NCBI RefSeq assembly: GCF_009914755.1
Contig: NC_060929.1
Length of the DNA stretch: 64,000 bases
DNA from: the human T2T-CHM13v2.0 reference genome, Homo sapiens
Direction: 5' to 3' (one strand)
Of this stretch, positions 1 to 14,176 are shown in pieces. Position numbers and translations under genes: made by a program. The notes beneath the pieces were generated by a model. That model made no database searches. It was not told where the DNA came from and saw only the letters and a list, made by a program, of their open reading frames with translations. Position 1 is the stretch's first letter, and every line of letters starts with the position of its first letter.

Positions 1-219
1 ATCAATTTTTAAGGCCATAAGTTAGATAACATTTAATAGTTATGTTAGACATAAGGCAGAAATAAATCTTAAGAAGTTTATGGTTGAAATGTGTGTGTAA
101 GAAAGTGATTCCAACAAATTTCACTGCTGTTACATAATCTGGATTTGAACTTGTTTGGTGAAATTCGACAGGACATTTAACTTCCTTGGAGCTTAGTTTT
201 ATTGATAGCATTATTATTA

Positions 220-410
220 AATGCCAGACACTGTTCCTATCCCTTTACATATACCTGTCTTCACAATAATCCTAAAAGGTTGGTATTATTATTATCTTGA
301 CCTAAGATGGGGAAGCTGAGACCAAAGAGGTTAAATTATGATTGAGTTGAATTCAAATCTTGACTGTCTACCTTTCCAAAATTCCATGTTCTTAACCACA
401 ACTCTATATT
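220..410 (-). mobile_element. MIR SINE fragment
   Basis: tgccagacactgtt...cttcacaataatcct...agatggggaagctgagaccaaagaggttaa...ttcaaatc...cttaaccac resembles the antisense MIR core. Confidence 0.7.
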
Positions 411-1049
411 CCTCTTTATTTATAAACATAAGGGAATTGAATTATGTCAAGTTTTTCTTCCACCTTCAAGAGTCAAATAACTTATGTTAGACTTAGTTCA
501 GATACAGGCCAATTAAAGAGGCCACCAGGAGAAAAGAGCATTAGTGGCCAGTAAAATCAGAAAATATGAAACATTCATTATGAATGCCATATTTTATGGA
601 GTCATTATTTGTGGTTTGATTTTAAAATTTCTGTGAATGATTCTTAGACTACAAATTAAAAAGCAAACATAGATGAACTAGAATGGCACGATTCAGGTCA
701 ATTCTTCAAAAACGGCTAAACGTGAAAACAAATTATTCTATATTCCATATTTTTGGTATAACAAACACCTTTTAATGACCCAAAATATTATCAATATCTG
801 AAGGGTAGTAGTTGGACTTTTAGTATCTATTGATTGAAAAAAACCGCACTATGTCGAAAGCTACTACAACTTTGCAATGCATTTAAAGGAGCTTATATTT
901 TATTAGTCACAATGACATAAGGATGGATTTGAAAAACAATACCTATACAATAAAATGTATTCATTTTGTCAAAATAAAATTCTTCTTCACTTAGTTTTAC
1001 AGACCCCATAGAGACCCAGGCAAATTATGTATTTAAATTGTTAGAAGGA

Positions 1050-1340
1050 GCTAGGCATCGTATCTGTAATCCCAGGACTTTGGGAGGCCAAAGCTGGAGA
1101 ATAGCTTGAGGCCAGGAGCTTGAGACCAGCCTGGGCAACATAGTAAGACCCCATCTCTACAAAAATAAAAAATAAAGTTAGGTGGGCATGGTGACATGCA
1201 CCTGTGGTCCTGGCTACTAGGGAGGCTGAGACATGAGGATTGTTTAAGGCCAGAAGTTTAAGGCTGCAGAGAGCTATGATTGTGCTACCACACTCCAGTC
1301 TGAGCAACAGAGTGAGACCCAGTCTGTCTCTTAAAAAAAA
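1050..1340 (+). mobile_element. Alu (old, AluJ-like)
   Basis: Dimeric Alu: tgtaatcccaggactttgggaggcc...gcttgaggccaggag...A-rich linker...gctgcagagagctatgattgtg...A tail; CpG-depleted with J-type wording. Confidence 0.93.
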
Positions 1341-1490
1341 GACAAAGAAAGAAAGAAAGAGAGAGAGAGAAAGAAAGACAGAAAGAGAGAGAGAGAAAGA
1401 AAGAAAGAGAGAAGAAAGAAGGAAGGAAGGAAGGAAGGGAGGGAGGGAGGGAGGGAGGGAAAAGAAAGGAAAAGAAGAGAAAATAAGAAA
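1341..1490 (+). repeat. GA-rich compound microsatellite (GAAA/GA/GGAA/GGGA) grown from the Alu tail
   Basis: Directly visible pure-purine repeat tract. Confidence 0.95.
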
Positions 1491-4400
1491 AATGTTAGAA
1501 GAAAAGTATCCTACACTTTTATTTGATTACATAGAGGGGAAATTTTTCCACTCTTAAGAAGAATCATTTCACTTTCCTTAAGCAGTAAAGATACATTTGT
1601 GGAGTTAATTTAGAGAAGAAACTGACATTATATTACATTTCTTCGCTTTTTAAATTTTCAGATGAGCTTGCTTAATAATATGTTCTGTCTGCTATTTGGG
1701 ATACTGTAAACTGACACTAACAGGCTCTATCTCGTGGAGATAACTTTGTATTTGTCTCTTTGTGCAAGTGATTAGGTGGATAAATTTGTCTTATTATGGT
1801 AAAAATGGTCAGATCACTAGGCCACTCACATAAAGACAAATCTTTTAATTAGCTTTGTCAGTAATGTGGTGACATTTGATGTCCACTTGTTGGCTTGTAA
1901 CTTATTTTTCACAAATTTGGAATTTTGAAAGATAAAACATAATGATATTTATTATCTCTTTAAGAGTATGTCATATCTAGTATTTTAGAGCTAAGACAGT
2001 GCCTTCCAAATGGTATACAATAAATAAATAAATGTATTAATGACATATATAGAATATACAACTGAGACATAAGAACAATTACTGAAAAGCATGGATACAA
2101 ATTTACTTTTATATTATTTGTAAGTGTAATAACTTTGAATAGATATTTAAGTGTAAAGCTAAGTTCTAGGCTCCAAATAAATACAAATGTTATTTGAAAT
2201 TCCTTAGACGTCAGTATTTAATATATTTTATCAAAATACAAGTGTGCAATATATGATTCAAATATCAATGTGCAAATCTGGCCAAGAGACCTGATGCTTC
2301 GAAGTTTATTGTCACATTTAACTAATTGACTGGGAAGAAATAACCAACAAACCAAAACTTACGTCTTCTGTATAAAAAATCATCTTCCAGTCCTTTACAA
2401 TTTTAATACAACCCGAAAAATGAAAATTTGTCTTTACAATATATGAGTTGGCCATAAACCACTATATGTGTTCATTATGTTTTTCCAAAGAGTAATGCAC
2501 TATCTATCAAAGAAACTGGCCAGTGGTTCTAGCAAATAAATATGTCACATTTTTCAATACTTATTTTGTATGAATAATGATATTTAGTTTATTATAATGA
2601 GCTTCTAATTAAGATCCTTAAATTGAACTTTTCAAGTTTTTAGTTCTGAGAAGCAGGACAGTAAATTAAAGAAGTCTATTATATGTTAAACTGTTTTCTG
2701 AACAAAATTTTTGTTGCCAAAGAAACATTTATTTTCCTAATAGAACACATTTTCAGGGTCTCATTTGTGTTAAAAATATTCTTACTCTAATCTAACTTAT
2801 TTAGGAATTAAAAAGACATTACTGTATGAATTACATACAATTAAAAAATTGACCTTGTATTTTAGATGAGTTCATGAATTAACAAATAAATAATAAATTT
2901 TTATAAATGCATTTGTACCTCACTTCTGGTTTTGTGGTTTAGAGTTGTAAAAAAATTCTTTCATTCTTTATGTTTTAATTTTATCTTTGTTTAATTTGTA
3001 AACTTTTAATATATTTTTAATTAACATTCATTTTTAGTAATTTTCAATAATTTTCAACCATATATATATATTATGTTTTTGGCTTTCCTTGACTTATTTG
3101 AAACTAAGAACATAAATAAATTGCTTCATTTTACAAGGTAAGCTCTCCAGGGGTAGAATCTGCTTTATTCATTGCCATAGCCACATTGCCTGCAATAGCG
3201 AATAATACATAATGATTTATCTAAGTTAATTGATCAATTTTCAAAATAAATTCATTTTTAGAAAATAAATTATTTTTCTATTTAAATTTGTCACTGTGTA
3301 AATATTTAAAGAAAATGACATTTTATTCTTTTATGTCAGATATCAAGTTTTTTAAAAAAGTCAACATTTTCAATGTGTTTCTTCTAGATTATTTTATATC
3401 TTATATATTATTAATTGTTCTAATTAATACAAAAATCTCTATCTGCTTTACAATATATTAGATTGATAATAGAAAGTTGACAGCAGGATTATATGAGACT
3501 AGAGAAGTTGAGTTTCTCTGATGATAATAAAATCTTAAAGTTCACCTAAAATAAGAACACATGGTAAATAGTGAAAAACAGGATTTATTCAGAAATTTAC
3601 TTTGAAAAATGTATAAGGATTTATAAAATTGTTTATGCTATCTTTATCTAAATCTCAAATTTAAATAAAATGAAAATTGAAATTGTTTCTTGTTGAAACA
3701 ATTTAGTGTTTTTTTGCCTCTCAGCATTATTCTATAAGGAAGTTTCACGATAGCATAATATAATTTTCACTTAGTGCTGAACTTTTACAACAGGAGTATT
3801 AAAATATTGACTTTAAAAAAATTCAGTCAATTTACCCATTTTCTCTAGACTCCTCCCAATCTTCTGATAATTAAATAATTTTTATTTTGACATTTTTTTC
3901 TAGTTCAATTTTTAAAAGATTCTATTCTTTATTAATTGAATTAAATCTTGCAAATCCTCACATTTTAATGGGTTTGCCTGTGTTTTTCAACCATTATCTG
4001 CTTTCATGAATTCATGCATTTTTAAAAAACTTTTACTTTAGGTTCAGGGGTAGATATGCAGGTTTGTTATATAAGTAAAATTGTGTCACAGAGGATTGCT
4101 GTACAGATTATTATGTCACCCAGGTACTAAGCCTAGTACACAGTAGTTATTTTTTCTGCTCTTCTCCCTCCTCCAAGCTTCTACCCTCAGATAGGCCCCA
4201 CTGTCTGTTGTTTCCCTTTTTGTGTTCATGAGTTATCATTTAGCTTCCACTTATAAGTGAGAACATGAGATATTTGGTTCTCTGTTCCTGCATTAGTTTG
4301 CTAAGGATAATGGACTCCATATCCATCCATGTTACTGCAAAAGACATGATCTCATTATCTTTATGACTGCATAGTATTCCATGGTGTAGATGTACCACAT

Positions 4401-4852
4401 TTTCTTTCTCCAATCTGCCATTGATGGGCTTTTTGTTTGACTCCATGTCTTTGCTCTTGTGAATAGTACTGGAATGAGCATACTCATGTATGTGTCTTTA
4501 TGGTAGAATGGTTTATATTCCTTTGGGCATATACCCACTAATAGGATTGCTGGGTCAAATAATACTTCTTGTTTTAGCTCTTTGAGGAATTACCATACTG
4601 ATTTCCACAATGGTTGAATTAATTTACACTCCCCCACCAACAGTGTATAAGTGTTCCCTTTTCTCTGCAACCTCACCAACATCTGTTATTTTTTGAAATT
4701 TTAATAATAGCCAGTTTGACTGATGTGAGATGATATCTCATTCTGGTTTTCATTTACATTTCTCTAATGATCAGGAATATTGAGATTTTTTTTCATATGC
4801 TTTTTGGCAGCATGTATGCCTTCTTTTGAAAAGTATCTGTTCATATTCTTTA

Positions 4853-5036
4853 CCCAATTTTTAATGGGGTTGTTTTTTTCTTATGAATTTCTATAAGTTT
4901 CTTATAGATGCTGAATATTAGACCTTTGTCAGATGCAAACTTTGCCCAATTTTTAATGGGGTTGTTTTTCTCTTATGAATTTCTGTAAGTTTCTTATAGA
5001 TGCTAGATATTAGACCTTTGTCAGATGCAAACTTTG
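4853..5036. repeat. 92-bp tandem duplication inside L1
   Basis: cccaatttttaatggggttg...agatgcaaactttg at 4853-4944 and 4945-5036 with a few substitutions. Confidence 0.95.
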
Positions 5037-5340
5037 CAAATATTTTCTCATACTCTTTATGTTGTCTGTTTACTCTGTTGATAGTTTCTGTTACATCTGG
5101 GTGCTCCCGTGTTGGATGCATCTGTATTTAAGATAGTTAGGCCTTCTTGTTGAATTGAATTCTCTACCATTACGTAATGTTCTTCTTTGTCTTTTCTATC
5201 TATTTTGTGTTAAAGTCTGTTTTGTGTGAAATTAGGATTGTAATGCCTGCTTTTTGTAATAATTCATTTGCTTGGTATATTTTCCTCCATTCCTTTATTT
5301 TGAGTGTATGGGTGTCATTACCTGTCAGATGGGTCTCTAG

Positions 5341-5682
<342 letters not shown>

Positions 5683-7434
5683 ACTCTGTGCCTTTTAATT
5701 GGGATATTTAGCCCATTTACATTTAAAGTTATTATTGATATGTGTGGATTTGATCCTGTCATTGTGGTGTTAGCTGGTTATTGCTTGTTTGTGTGGTTGC
5801 TTTATAGTGTCACTGTTCTGCATATTTAAATGTGTCTTTGTATTAGCTGGGAATGGTTTTTCCTTTCTAAATTTAGTGCTCCTTTCAAGATCTCTTGTAA
5901 GGCAGATCTGGCAGTAACTATCTCCCTCAACATTTGCTTATCTGAAAGAATCTTATTTATCCTTTGCTTAGGAAGCTTACTTAGACTGGATATAAAATTT
6001 TTGATTGAAAATTTTTTTCTTTAAGAATGTTGAATATAGGCCTCCAATCTCTCCAATCTCTTCTGGCTTGGAGGATTTCAGCTGAGAGGTCTTCTGTTAG
6101 CCTGATGCGAGTTCTCTTTGTAGGTGACCTGCTCTTTCTTTCTTTCTGCCTTTAACATTCTTTCTTTCTGCCTTTAACATTCTTTCTTTCTTTTTAGAAA
6201 TTATTAGAAAATCTAATAATTAAGTGTCTTTGGGATGATCTTCTTGTATAAAATCTTGCAAAGGTTCTCCCTATTTCCTGAAGTTTACTGATTTGCCTCT
6301 CTAGCAAAGCTGGGGAAGTTTCCATGAACAATATCCTGAAATTTGTTTTCCAAGTTGCTTGCTTTCTCCCCATCTCTTTCAGAGATGCCAATGATTTGTA
6401 GATTTGGCCTTTTTACATAATCCCATATGTTAAAGAGCTGCTGTTCATTTTTTAATTTTTTTTTGTCTGTCTTATTTCAAAGATCCAATCTTCAAGTTTT
6501 GAGATTTTTTTTGCAGTTTGGTCTATTCTGCTGTTAATACTTGTGATTGCATTATGATATTCTTGCGTGTATTTTTCAGCTTCATCAGATCCTTTAGGTT
6601 CTTTTTCATACTGGGTATTTCACCTTTCAGCTCCTGTATCATTTTATTGTGATTCCTAGTTTCCTTGGATTGGGTTTTGCCATTCTCCTGAATCTTGATG
6701 ATCTCTGTTTCTATTCATATTCTGAATTCTATTTATGTCATTTCAGCCAGCTCAGCATGGTTAAGAACCCTTGCTGGAAAACCGGTTTATTTGTTTGGAG
6801 GACACTCTGGCCATTTGAGTTACTGGAGTTCTTGCATTGGTTCTTTCTCATCTCTGCAAGCAGGTGTTCCTTTAACTGCAAAGTAGACTGAGTACAGTCG
6901 ATAGACATCCTTTCTGGATGTATTCACAGGGCTGAAACTTTGTGTAGGGACTTTATTTATAGCTGACTTCCTGTCTTTGGTTTCACAGATGGGTATATTA
7001 GTGAGGTATTTTTGGTGTTGAAGCTTTAGGGTATGATCCAGTGGGTGGTGCTAAGGTGTATTGGTCAGTTGGTAGGCTCTTGCTGGGTCATATGGCTCCC
7101 CTAAATATCCTCAGAGTTGCAGCCATGCTCCCTCCCAATGCCTTGAAAGTTTGAATTCCTCTTCCACTTGAGTGCTGGCTGTGGATTGCAGCTTGGCACG
7201 CCTTGGCTGCCCACCACTGCTCTGGGGCAATCTCAGCATTTATGTTTCTTCCCCAACTTGGAGGCAGCAGAGGAAGGGACCTTAGTAGTGATTGTGGCCT
7301 AGGGTCCTTTGCTTGTCTCCTGGGGGTCCTACCCCAGAGAGAAAATCCTGCATCTTTTAAAATATTTGCGTTTTGTCTTTGTAAATAGATCTCATTTGTA
7401 TTTATATTGCAGTGATCAATAATTACATATATGA

Positions 7435-7762
<328 letters not shown>

Positions 7763-9840
7763 TGACCAATATTTTACACTGATGCTAAGTCAAGATGGCT
7801 ATTTGAGTGGGGACTATTACTTAAACTGGTTTAGTTAAGGAGGACTTGTTTTAATAAGTTTTGTTTAATTTAATAATTAACTTAATTTAATAATAATAAA
7901 TCATTAAATTAATTTAATAATAACAAATTATTAAATAAATTTAATAATTTCCTTTTGGGATAATAAATAAATAATGAACTATTACCTGTATATGAAGTTA
8001 AATTCATAGGGCTGAGTCTGGAATTTGTCCTCAAATACGATAGCTTCAGTTTGAAGCCTAGAAAACTATCTGCCTAATATAATTACTATAAATAGTTGTT
8101 AATTTATAGCGTAACATTTATAAAATTATATGTAATAAAAAGAAATTTTATTGAAATAGCAGTGGTAGAAGAACAGGACTATATATGATTTTAGTCTCCT
8201 TACTCTAATTTCCACAGTGGCTATAATGAGAAGGTATTGATCATAAACCACAAGATTTAGTTGGGCAAATTTTATTTAGTTATGTTTTAATGATCAATTG
8301 TTCCTCAAAAGACCTATCATAATCGTTATCTCATTTTTTATATGTGAAAAATACTAAGAGATATTTTATGTGGTTAGAAATAATTATTTACAGATACTTC
8401 TGTGAAATCAATACAGGACCATAATTGATGCACGTTGTTTTTTAAAATAAAAAATTATACCATAAGAAAGTCTAAAATCTATAGCAGTCCAGAGTTATGT
8501 GACATAAACAGTTTATTCTGCTAATGTGTGAAGTTAGTAATCTATTTTTCATTAAAGTCTTCTAAAAGTGGAAAAATTCAACTAGAGAACTCATCTTTGA
8601 AGAAAAAATTCATTACTACAGAAAATCACCCAAAATGCATATAGCAATATTATTTTCATTCTTCATATTTCTAGATTTGAACATTGTAGAAAAAATTTTC
8701 TCCTTTTTATTAGCCACTACATTTGTAATGATTTTCATGATCTCATTATTGATCCCTTTACTTCTTTATCATGTCTTCTATTGCAATTTTAGCCATTAGG
8801 TATACCTATCATAACTAAGGTAATGGCTCCTTTCTAAAGTCATTACCTCAATTCTTTTCACTCTGTTTAACTTTGAATATGAACCCCATTTTAATTTTCC
8901 TACCTCAAAACTTAAATAAACTAGCATTTGCCTACGATAATTTTGCAACATTTTAAAGTTACTATTGTTTTATTTACAATTCCCTCTCAGGAGTTAATCT
9001 TTTAAAGTGTAAAGTATAATTGATGTGCATCACTTACTACTATATACAAACACTGTTTTATTGTTGTATATGTAGAGGGTCTTAATATTTTGTATTAAAA
9101 CATTTTTGCTTTGTTTACCTTATAGATAAATTTACATGCTGAATTATAATTTTTTAAATAATAAATTTCAATAAATTGGATTTGAACTCACAATGCATGC
9201 ATTTTAAGATTTTTGATGAATTTTTCAAAATGACTTTCAAGAAAAGTTCTATGAAAAGGCAAACATTTATAAGAATACATACTTCCATAGTCTTCATCAT
9301 TTTTACATGATTTAACTTTTAGAGTACAAAAAGATATTGATTACTGTTTTGTTATTTTTAAACATTTATGAAATTTAATATTTTAATACATTTATGGGCT
9401 ATTTATTTTTTATAGTTTGTTTTCATATTTATAGGTTTTATCAATTTTTCTATCCGTAATTTTTCATTTTAATATATATAAGAAGATATTGCACATATAC
9501 TCATGCTACTATTGACAATTTTTAGCCATTATTATCTTTTTTGTAATGTTATAGATAGATCTACATATATAAATGTTTCACCTTGTTTGTTTTTAGGTAG
9601 ACATCTTATTGTCCCATTTCCCTCTCCCAAATGATTAGCCAATGTGCCAGCATCACTTGTAGAGCAATCCATTCATTACCCAGTCATCACTATCAACAGA
9701 CTTAAAATATATATATATATTATCTCATTATATTAATAAAAACATATGACAGATGCATATTTTTAAGTGTTTATACTTGAATCACCATCAAAAGTAAGAA
9801 TAGTGTACAGATTCCAGAAAGAGATAATCAGTGCACCCTA

Positions 9841-9928
9841 TAATGCACTTTCACATACATTGAAAAAAGTTCATATTTGTGGCAATAATGCGTAACATGG
9901 TTTTTTCAATGTATGTGAAAGTACATTA
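9841..9928. repeat. 28-bp inverted repeat with 32-nt spacer
   Basis: taatgcactttcacatacattgaaaaaa (9841-9868) vs ttttttcaatgtatgtgaaagtacatta (9901-9928), one mismatch. Confidence 0.95.
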
Positions 9929-10429
9929 GAGTTTGCGATTGTAAACAGTTTTGAGCTACTGAATTGTGAACAGCACAGTAACAACGTACAGATTTTTGCT
10001 TTTTTTCAAGAATCACTAAAGGTTAAATCTCACTTTTTTTCTTTTTTTCTCAAAATCTGTGTTTGTCTGAAGAAGCTTTACAGCACAGTAAATACAGAAC
10101 TACTGAGAAGTCAGAAAAAATAAATTAGGTTTTCAATATACCTATTATTTTAAGACATAAACAGATTTGTAGAGCACATAATTTGCTTACCAGACTTATA
10201 AAAATTTATATGATATTTTATTTTCACTTGAAGACTTAAATATAATTGCCCATTTTCTACAAAAGCTTTTTTGTAAAATATCAATATCATTTTAAAATGT
10301 TCATAATAGTAATTAACACCAGATTAATTAATTACTTATTCAAAGTGGCATTTGAAAGTTCGCCAGGAGTAATATATAATGACTTCTGCAAAAATTACTT
10401 TTTAATGAAGCAAGTTATAAAATATTATT

Positions 10430-10960
10430 TGGATTATTTGAAAAATTTCCCACACTTCTAGGATAAGAGTGATTGCTTTTTAGCTATAGTTACATACAAC
10501 TACCAAAATTAGTTTTAACACGTTTAAGCAATAAACATTGGTTATATAACCATGGTAACAAGTAAACACCAGAAATGCTCTGTATTTTTTCTGATTGATC
10601 TATATTAATTCACATCAGTGAGCATACTTCTGAAAGACACCCAAATTTAGTCACAGCCAGCTTCATACTTTAATATCTAGACAGTCAGCATCAGACTTAC
10701 TCCAGTGAACATGTTGCTAAGACTAATGTCAATCAAATAATGTCTCTGTAACCAATATCAAACATTCTTCTAAGGCTGTAGTCAACCTGCTTCCTTTCTA
10801 TGACCAACTCAGGCAAGGACAAACTCCTTCCACGATCCTATGTAAGCAGTTTGGTGATAAGGCTCTGCTAGACCAACAATGTTTTATTGTTACTTATGTT
10901 GGTACTAAATTCAACTTTGCCTTTCTTTTTTAATATAAGTTTGAAGCTCATCCTCAGACA
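10430..10960 (+). mobile_element. 5' LTR of ancient ERV1-like provirus
   Basis: Colinear similarity to 16984-17720 (e.g. tcagcatcagacttactcc / tcagcattagacttactcc; tctctgtaaccaatat / cctctgtaactaatat); plausible TG...CA ends. Confidence 0.7.
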
Positions 10961-12034
10961 ATTCTGGAAATTCTAGTTTGGTTGTTGTGGAAGTTTTCAT
11001 TTGGCAGCATTTTATGGAACACTCAGACCAGCAGGTGTGCTCAATGAGTCTCTAGGCCCAAATTCCTTTTCTTCTTCAGATTTGCTGTCCAGCCTGTCTC
11101 AATAAAATTCTTGATGTCTTGTAAATATCTTCTTAGTGATTCTTGTTTTATTAGCCTAAAATTTGTAAGCAAACAGAACTTCGTGGTTTTAGATCTAAAT
11201 AATAAAGTTTGCATAATTTAACTAAATCTAGGAATTTCTATAAGGCATTTGTATAATTACAACTTTTGGATTGGAAGTATACATTTTACTTAAAAAACAG
11301 ACTTAAATGTTGTGAAATTGTATTATAACTTTTGTTAGTATGTGTCATTTATGTAAACTACTCCAGTCAAATTTGTCTCAATATAAGGATACCAGATTCT
11401 TTGGGTTTGTAGATTTGCAATTTGGCTATTTTTTAATTGCCATTAATTGGCTTATTTTTCTGCTGCTTGCTTTTATTTTGCTTTTGTTTAACAACTTTTA
11501 CAAAGTATTATCTTATGGTTTTTATTTCTTTGTTTCCTTTATCTCAGATATTTTTGTAGACACAAAATATCAAACATTCTTCTAAGGCTGTAGTCAACCT
11601 GAATGTCTAAGGGAGTGTTCTGTGGAAAACAGGACTAATAAATCTCCAACTAATCCCAATTGTTCCAAGGACTAATGATTGACTATCCATTTAACAGATG
11701 ACCCATTTGTGCAAAGGCAATTAATCAACTTTTCATCGAGTCTTATACAAAATGATCATGAGCACACTTTGCCTTGTAAATTGGCAAGAGTAGGTTAATT
11801 TTCTTTAGTCCATATTTAGGCATAAGTAACTCTTGGTATGTTGATCAACATACAGGTCCCTCCTAGATTGTCTTTAGTTAAAGAACCTGAGACATCCTCT
11901 GTAGGCACATATATTAGATTGACTATAATGCCCTTTTTCCTGTTTGTCATTGGTTCTTTATATCAAAGATAATGTCTTCTTTTGTTAACAATTCTATGCC
12001 TATATAAGGTTGTATGATGAAGATTAATACTGGA

Positions 12035-12180
12035 CATCAGGAAGAGTAGATAACGGATTCTGGGCTTAATACCTAGGTGATGGGATGGTCTGTGCAGCAA
12101 ACCACAATGGCACATGTTTGCCTGTGTAACAAACCTGCACATCCTACACATGTACCCTGGAACTTAAAATAAAAAATTGT
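12035..12180 (+). mobile_element. L1PA (older) 3' terminal fragment
   Basis: gggcttaatacctaggtgatggg...aacaaacctgcacatcctacacatgtaccctggaacttaaaataaaa. Confidence 0.9.
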
Positions 12181-12579
12181 TAAAGATAAATAGTGGTTTA
12201 AATTGGTAAAAGTTAGAGGATTGACTTTGAAAAAAAATTGCCATTTTGGGAAATTTGGACATACCAAAATTATAAAAGAACTTATAAAAATAATGAAATG
12301 CAACAATAATTCAAAGTTCAATAGTTAACCACTTCAGTTGACTTTCTAAGGACTCAAATTCTGAATATTGAATCCAATATCTTTAACTTTGAAAACTCTT
12401 TATGTCATTTATGCTCAAATATTTTGAAAACTACTCATGCTTACTGTGTGTTTCACTACTTCTCTATAGCATCCGTTAAAATACTTCCATTTTTCCTGCT
12501 CTTTCTACTGACATTCTAAATGAGTTAATCTTTCTTCAGTCTTTTCCTAGGAAAATATTAACCATATTTTTATGACTAT

Positions 12580-13380
12580 CAATGGTAGACAGGAAAAAGA
12601 AAATGTGGTACATATACAATTATATGTTAGACTTTGTGTCCCCACCCAAATCTCATCTTGAATTGTAATCCCCATAATTTCCATAATCCCTACAATGCCC
12701 ATGTGTCAAGGAAGAGACCAGGTGAAAGTAATTGAATCATGGGATGGTTTTCCCCCATGCTGTTCTCATGATAGTGAGTAAATTCTCATGCGACCTGATG
12801 GTTTTATAAGGGGCTCTTTCCCCTTTGGCCAGCACTTCTCCTTCCTGCTGCCTTGTAAAGAAGGTGCCTTCTGCCTTCTGCCATGATTGTAAGTTTCTGA
12901 GGTCTCCCCAGCCATGCTGAACTGTGAGTAAATTAAAACTCTTTCCTCTATAAATTACCCAGTCTTGGGCTGTTCTTTATAGCAGTATGAAAACAGATTA
13001 ATACACCATGGGATACTGTTCTGCAATTAAAAAAAAAATAGATCATGGCTTCTGAAGGAACATGGATGGAGCTGGAGGCCATTATCCTTAGCAAACTAAT
13101 GCAGGAACAGAAGACACAATACCACATGTTCTCACTTATAAGTGGGAGCTAAAAGATGAGAACACATGGATACCTAGAGGGGATCAACACACTGGGGCCT
13201 ATCAGAGGGTGGAGGGCGGGAGAAGGGAGAGTATGAGGAAGAATAACTAATGAGTTCTGGCCTTCATAACTGGATGGCAAAATAATCTGTATTACAAACC
13301 CCCATGACACACAAGTTTACCTATATAACAAACTCGCACTTATACCCCTGAACTTAAAATAAAAGTTATATTAAAAAAAT
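12580..13380 (+). mobile_element. L1PA/PB 3' end, split by THE1D LTR
   Basis: aaaatgtggtacatataca [LTR] ccatgggatact...gttctcacttataagtgggagct...tacccctgaacttaaaataaaagtt. Confidence 0.9.
12620..13005 (+). mobile_element. THE1D-like MaLR solo LTR
   Basis: tgtgtccccacccaaatctcatcttgaattgtaatcccc...gaccaggtg...ccatgattgtaagtttc...ttaataca. Confidence 0.9.
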
Positions 13381-13413
13381 AATAGATATATTTTTATAAA
13401 ATGTGTAACACTT

Positions 13414-13538
13414 AGCCAGGTGCAGTGGCCATGCATGTAGTCCCATCTTCTCAGGAAGCTGAGTGGGGGGGATCATTGAGCTAAGAAGTTTGAGTCTAAG
13501 CTGGGCAACATAGAGAGGCCCCATATCTTTAAAAAAAG
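13414..13538 (+). mobile_element. FLAM / Alu monomer
   Basis: gccaggtgcagtggc...tgtagtccca...ctgggcaacatagagaggccccatatctttaaaaaaa; single monomer. Confidence 0.85.
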
Positions 13539-13549
13539 CTTATACCAGG

Positions 13550-14176
13550 ATCCTTGTTACATATATCATCTATCTGTCTAACTATGTATGTCTTGATAGA
13601 TACACATTTATATAATACATATAGGTATTTTTATATAATATATGTATGGATACATCAGGAGAGTTTTATTGTGGGAATTGGCTCATGTGATTTTAGGGGC
13701 CAAGAAAATCCCATGATATGATCTCTGTAACTTGAAGGACCAGGAAATCCAGTGGTGTAATTCACTCTCAGCCTGAATGCCCGAGATCCAGGGGAGCCGA
13801 TGATTGAAATAACTCCTAGTACAAGGCCAAAGGCCTGAGCACTGAGTGGGTGGCTACTGGCATAAGTCTAGAAGTCTGAGGGCCTAAGAACCAGGAGCTT
13901 CAATGTCTGAGTGCAGAAGAAGATAAACTGTCTCAGTTCAAGAAGGCAGAGGTGAAGAATCTGCCCTTTCATTGCCTTTTTGTTCTATTTGGGTCCTGGA
14001 CTTATTGGATGATGCTGGCCCTCAGTAGTAAGGGCAGGTCTTCTTTACTCAGTCTGTGGATGCAAATGCTAATCTCTTCTCAAAATCCAGCACAGATACA
14101 ACCAGAAATAGTGTTTTACCAATTATCTGGGCATGTCTTAGCTAAATGAGATTGACATATAAAATTCACTATTACA
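13550..14176 (-). mobile_element. MLT2B-like ERVL LTR
   Basis: gggaattggctcatgtgatt...aaatgctaatctcttc...ttgacatataaaattcactattaca (antisense MLT2 start). Confidence 0.85.

Noticed and set aside
1240-1557. K/E/R-rich 105-aa ORF (also 14717-14998)
   Set aside because: Translation of GA-rich microsatellites
2363-2528. Minus-strand exon candidate ending GAC|GTAAGT (or a 30-nt microexon reading GLEDDFLYRR)
   Set aside because: The long form has stops in all frames; the microexon acceptor is poor and the peptide is not recognised
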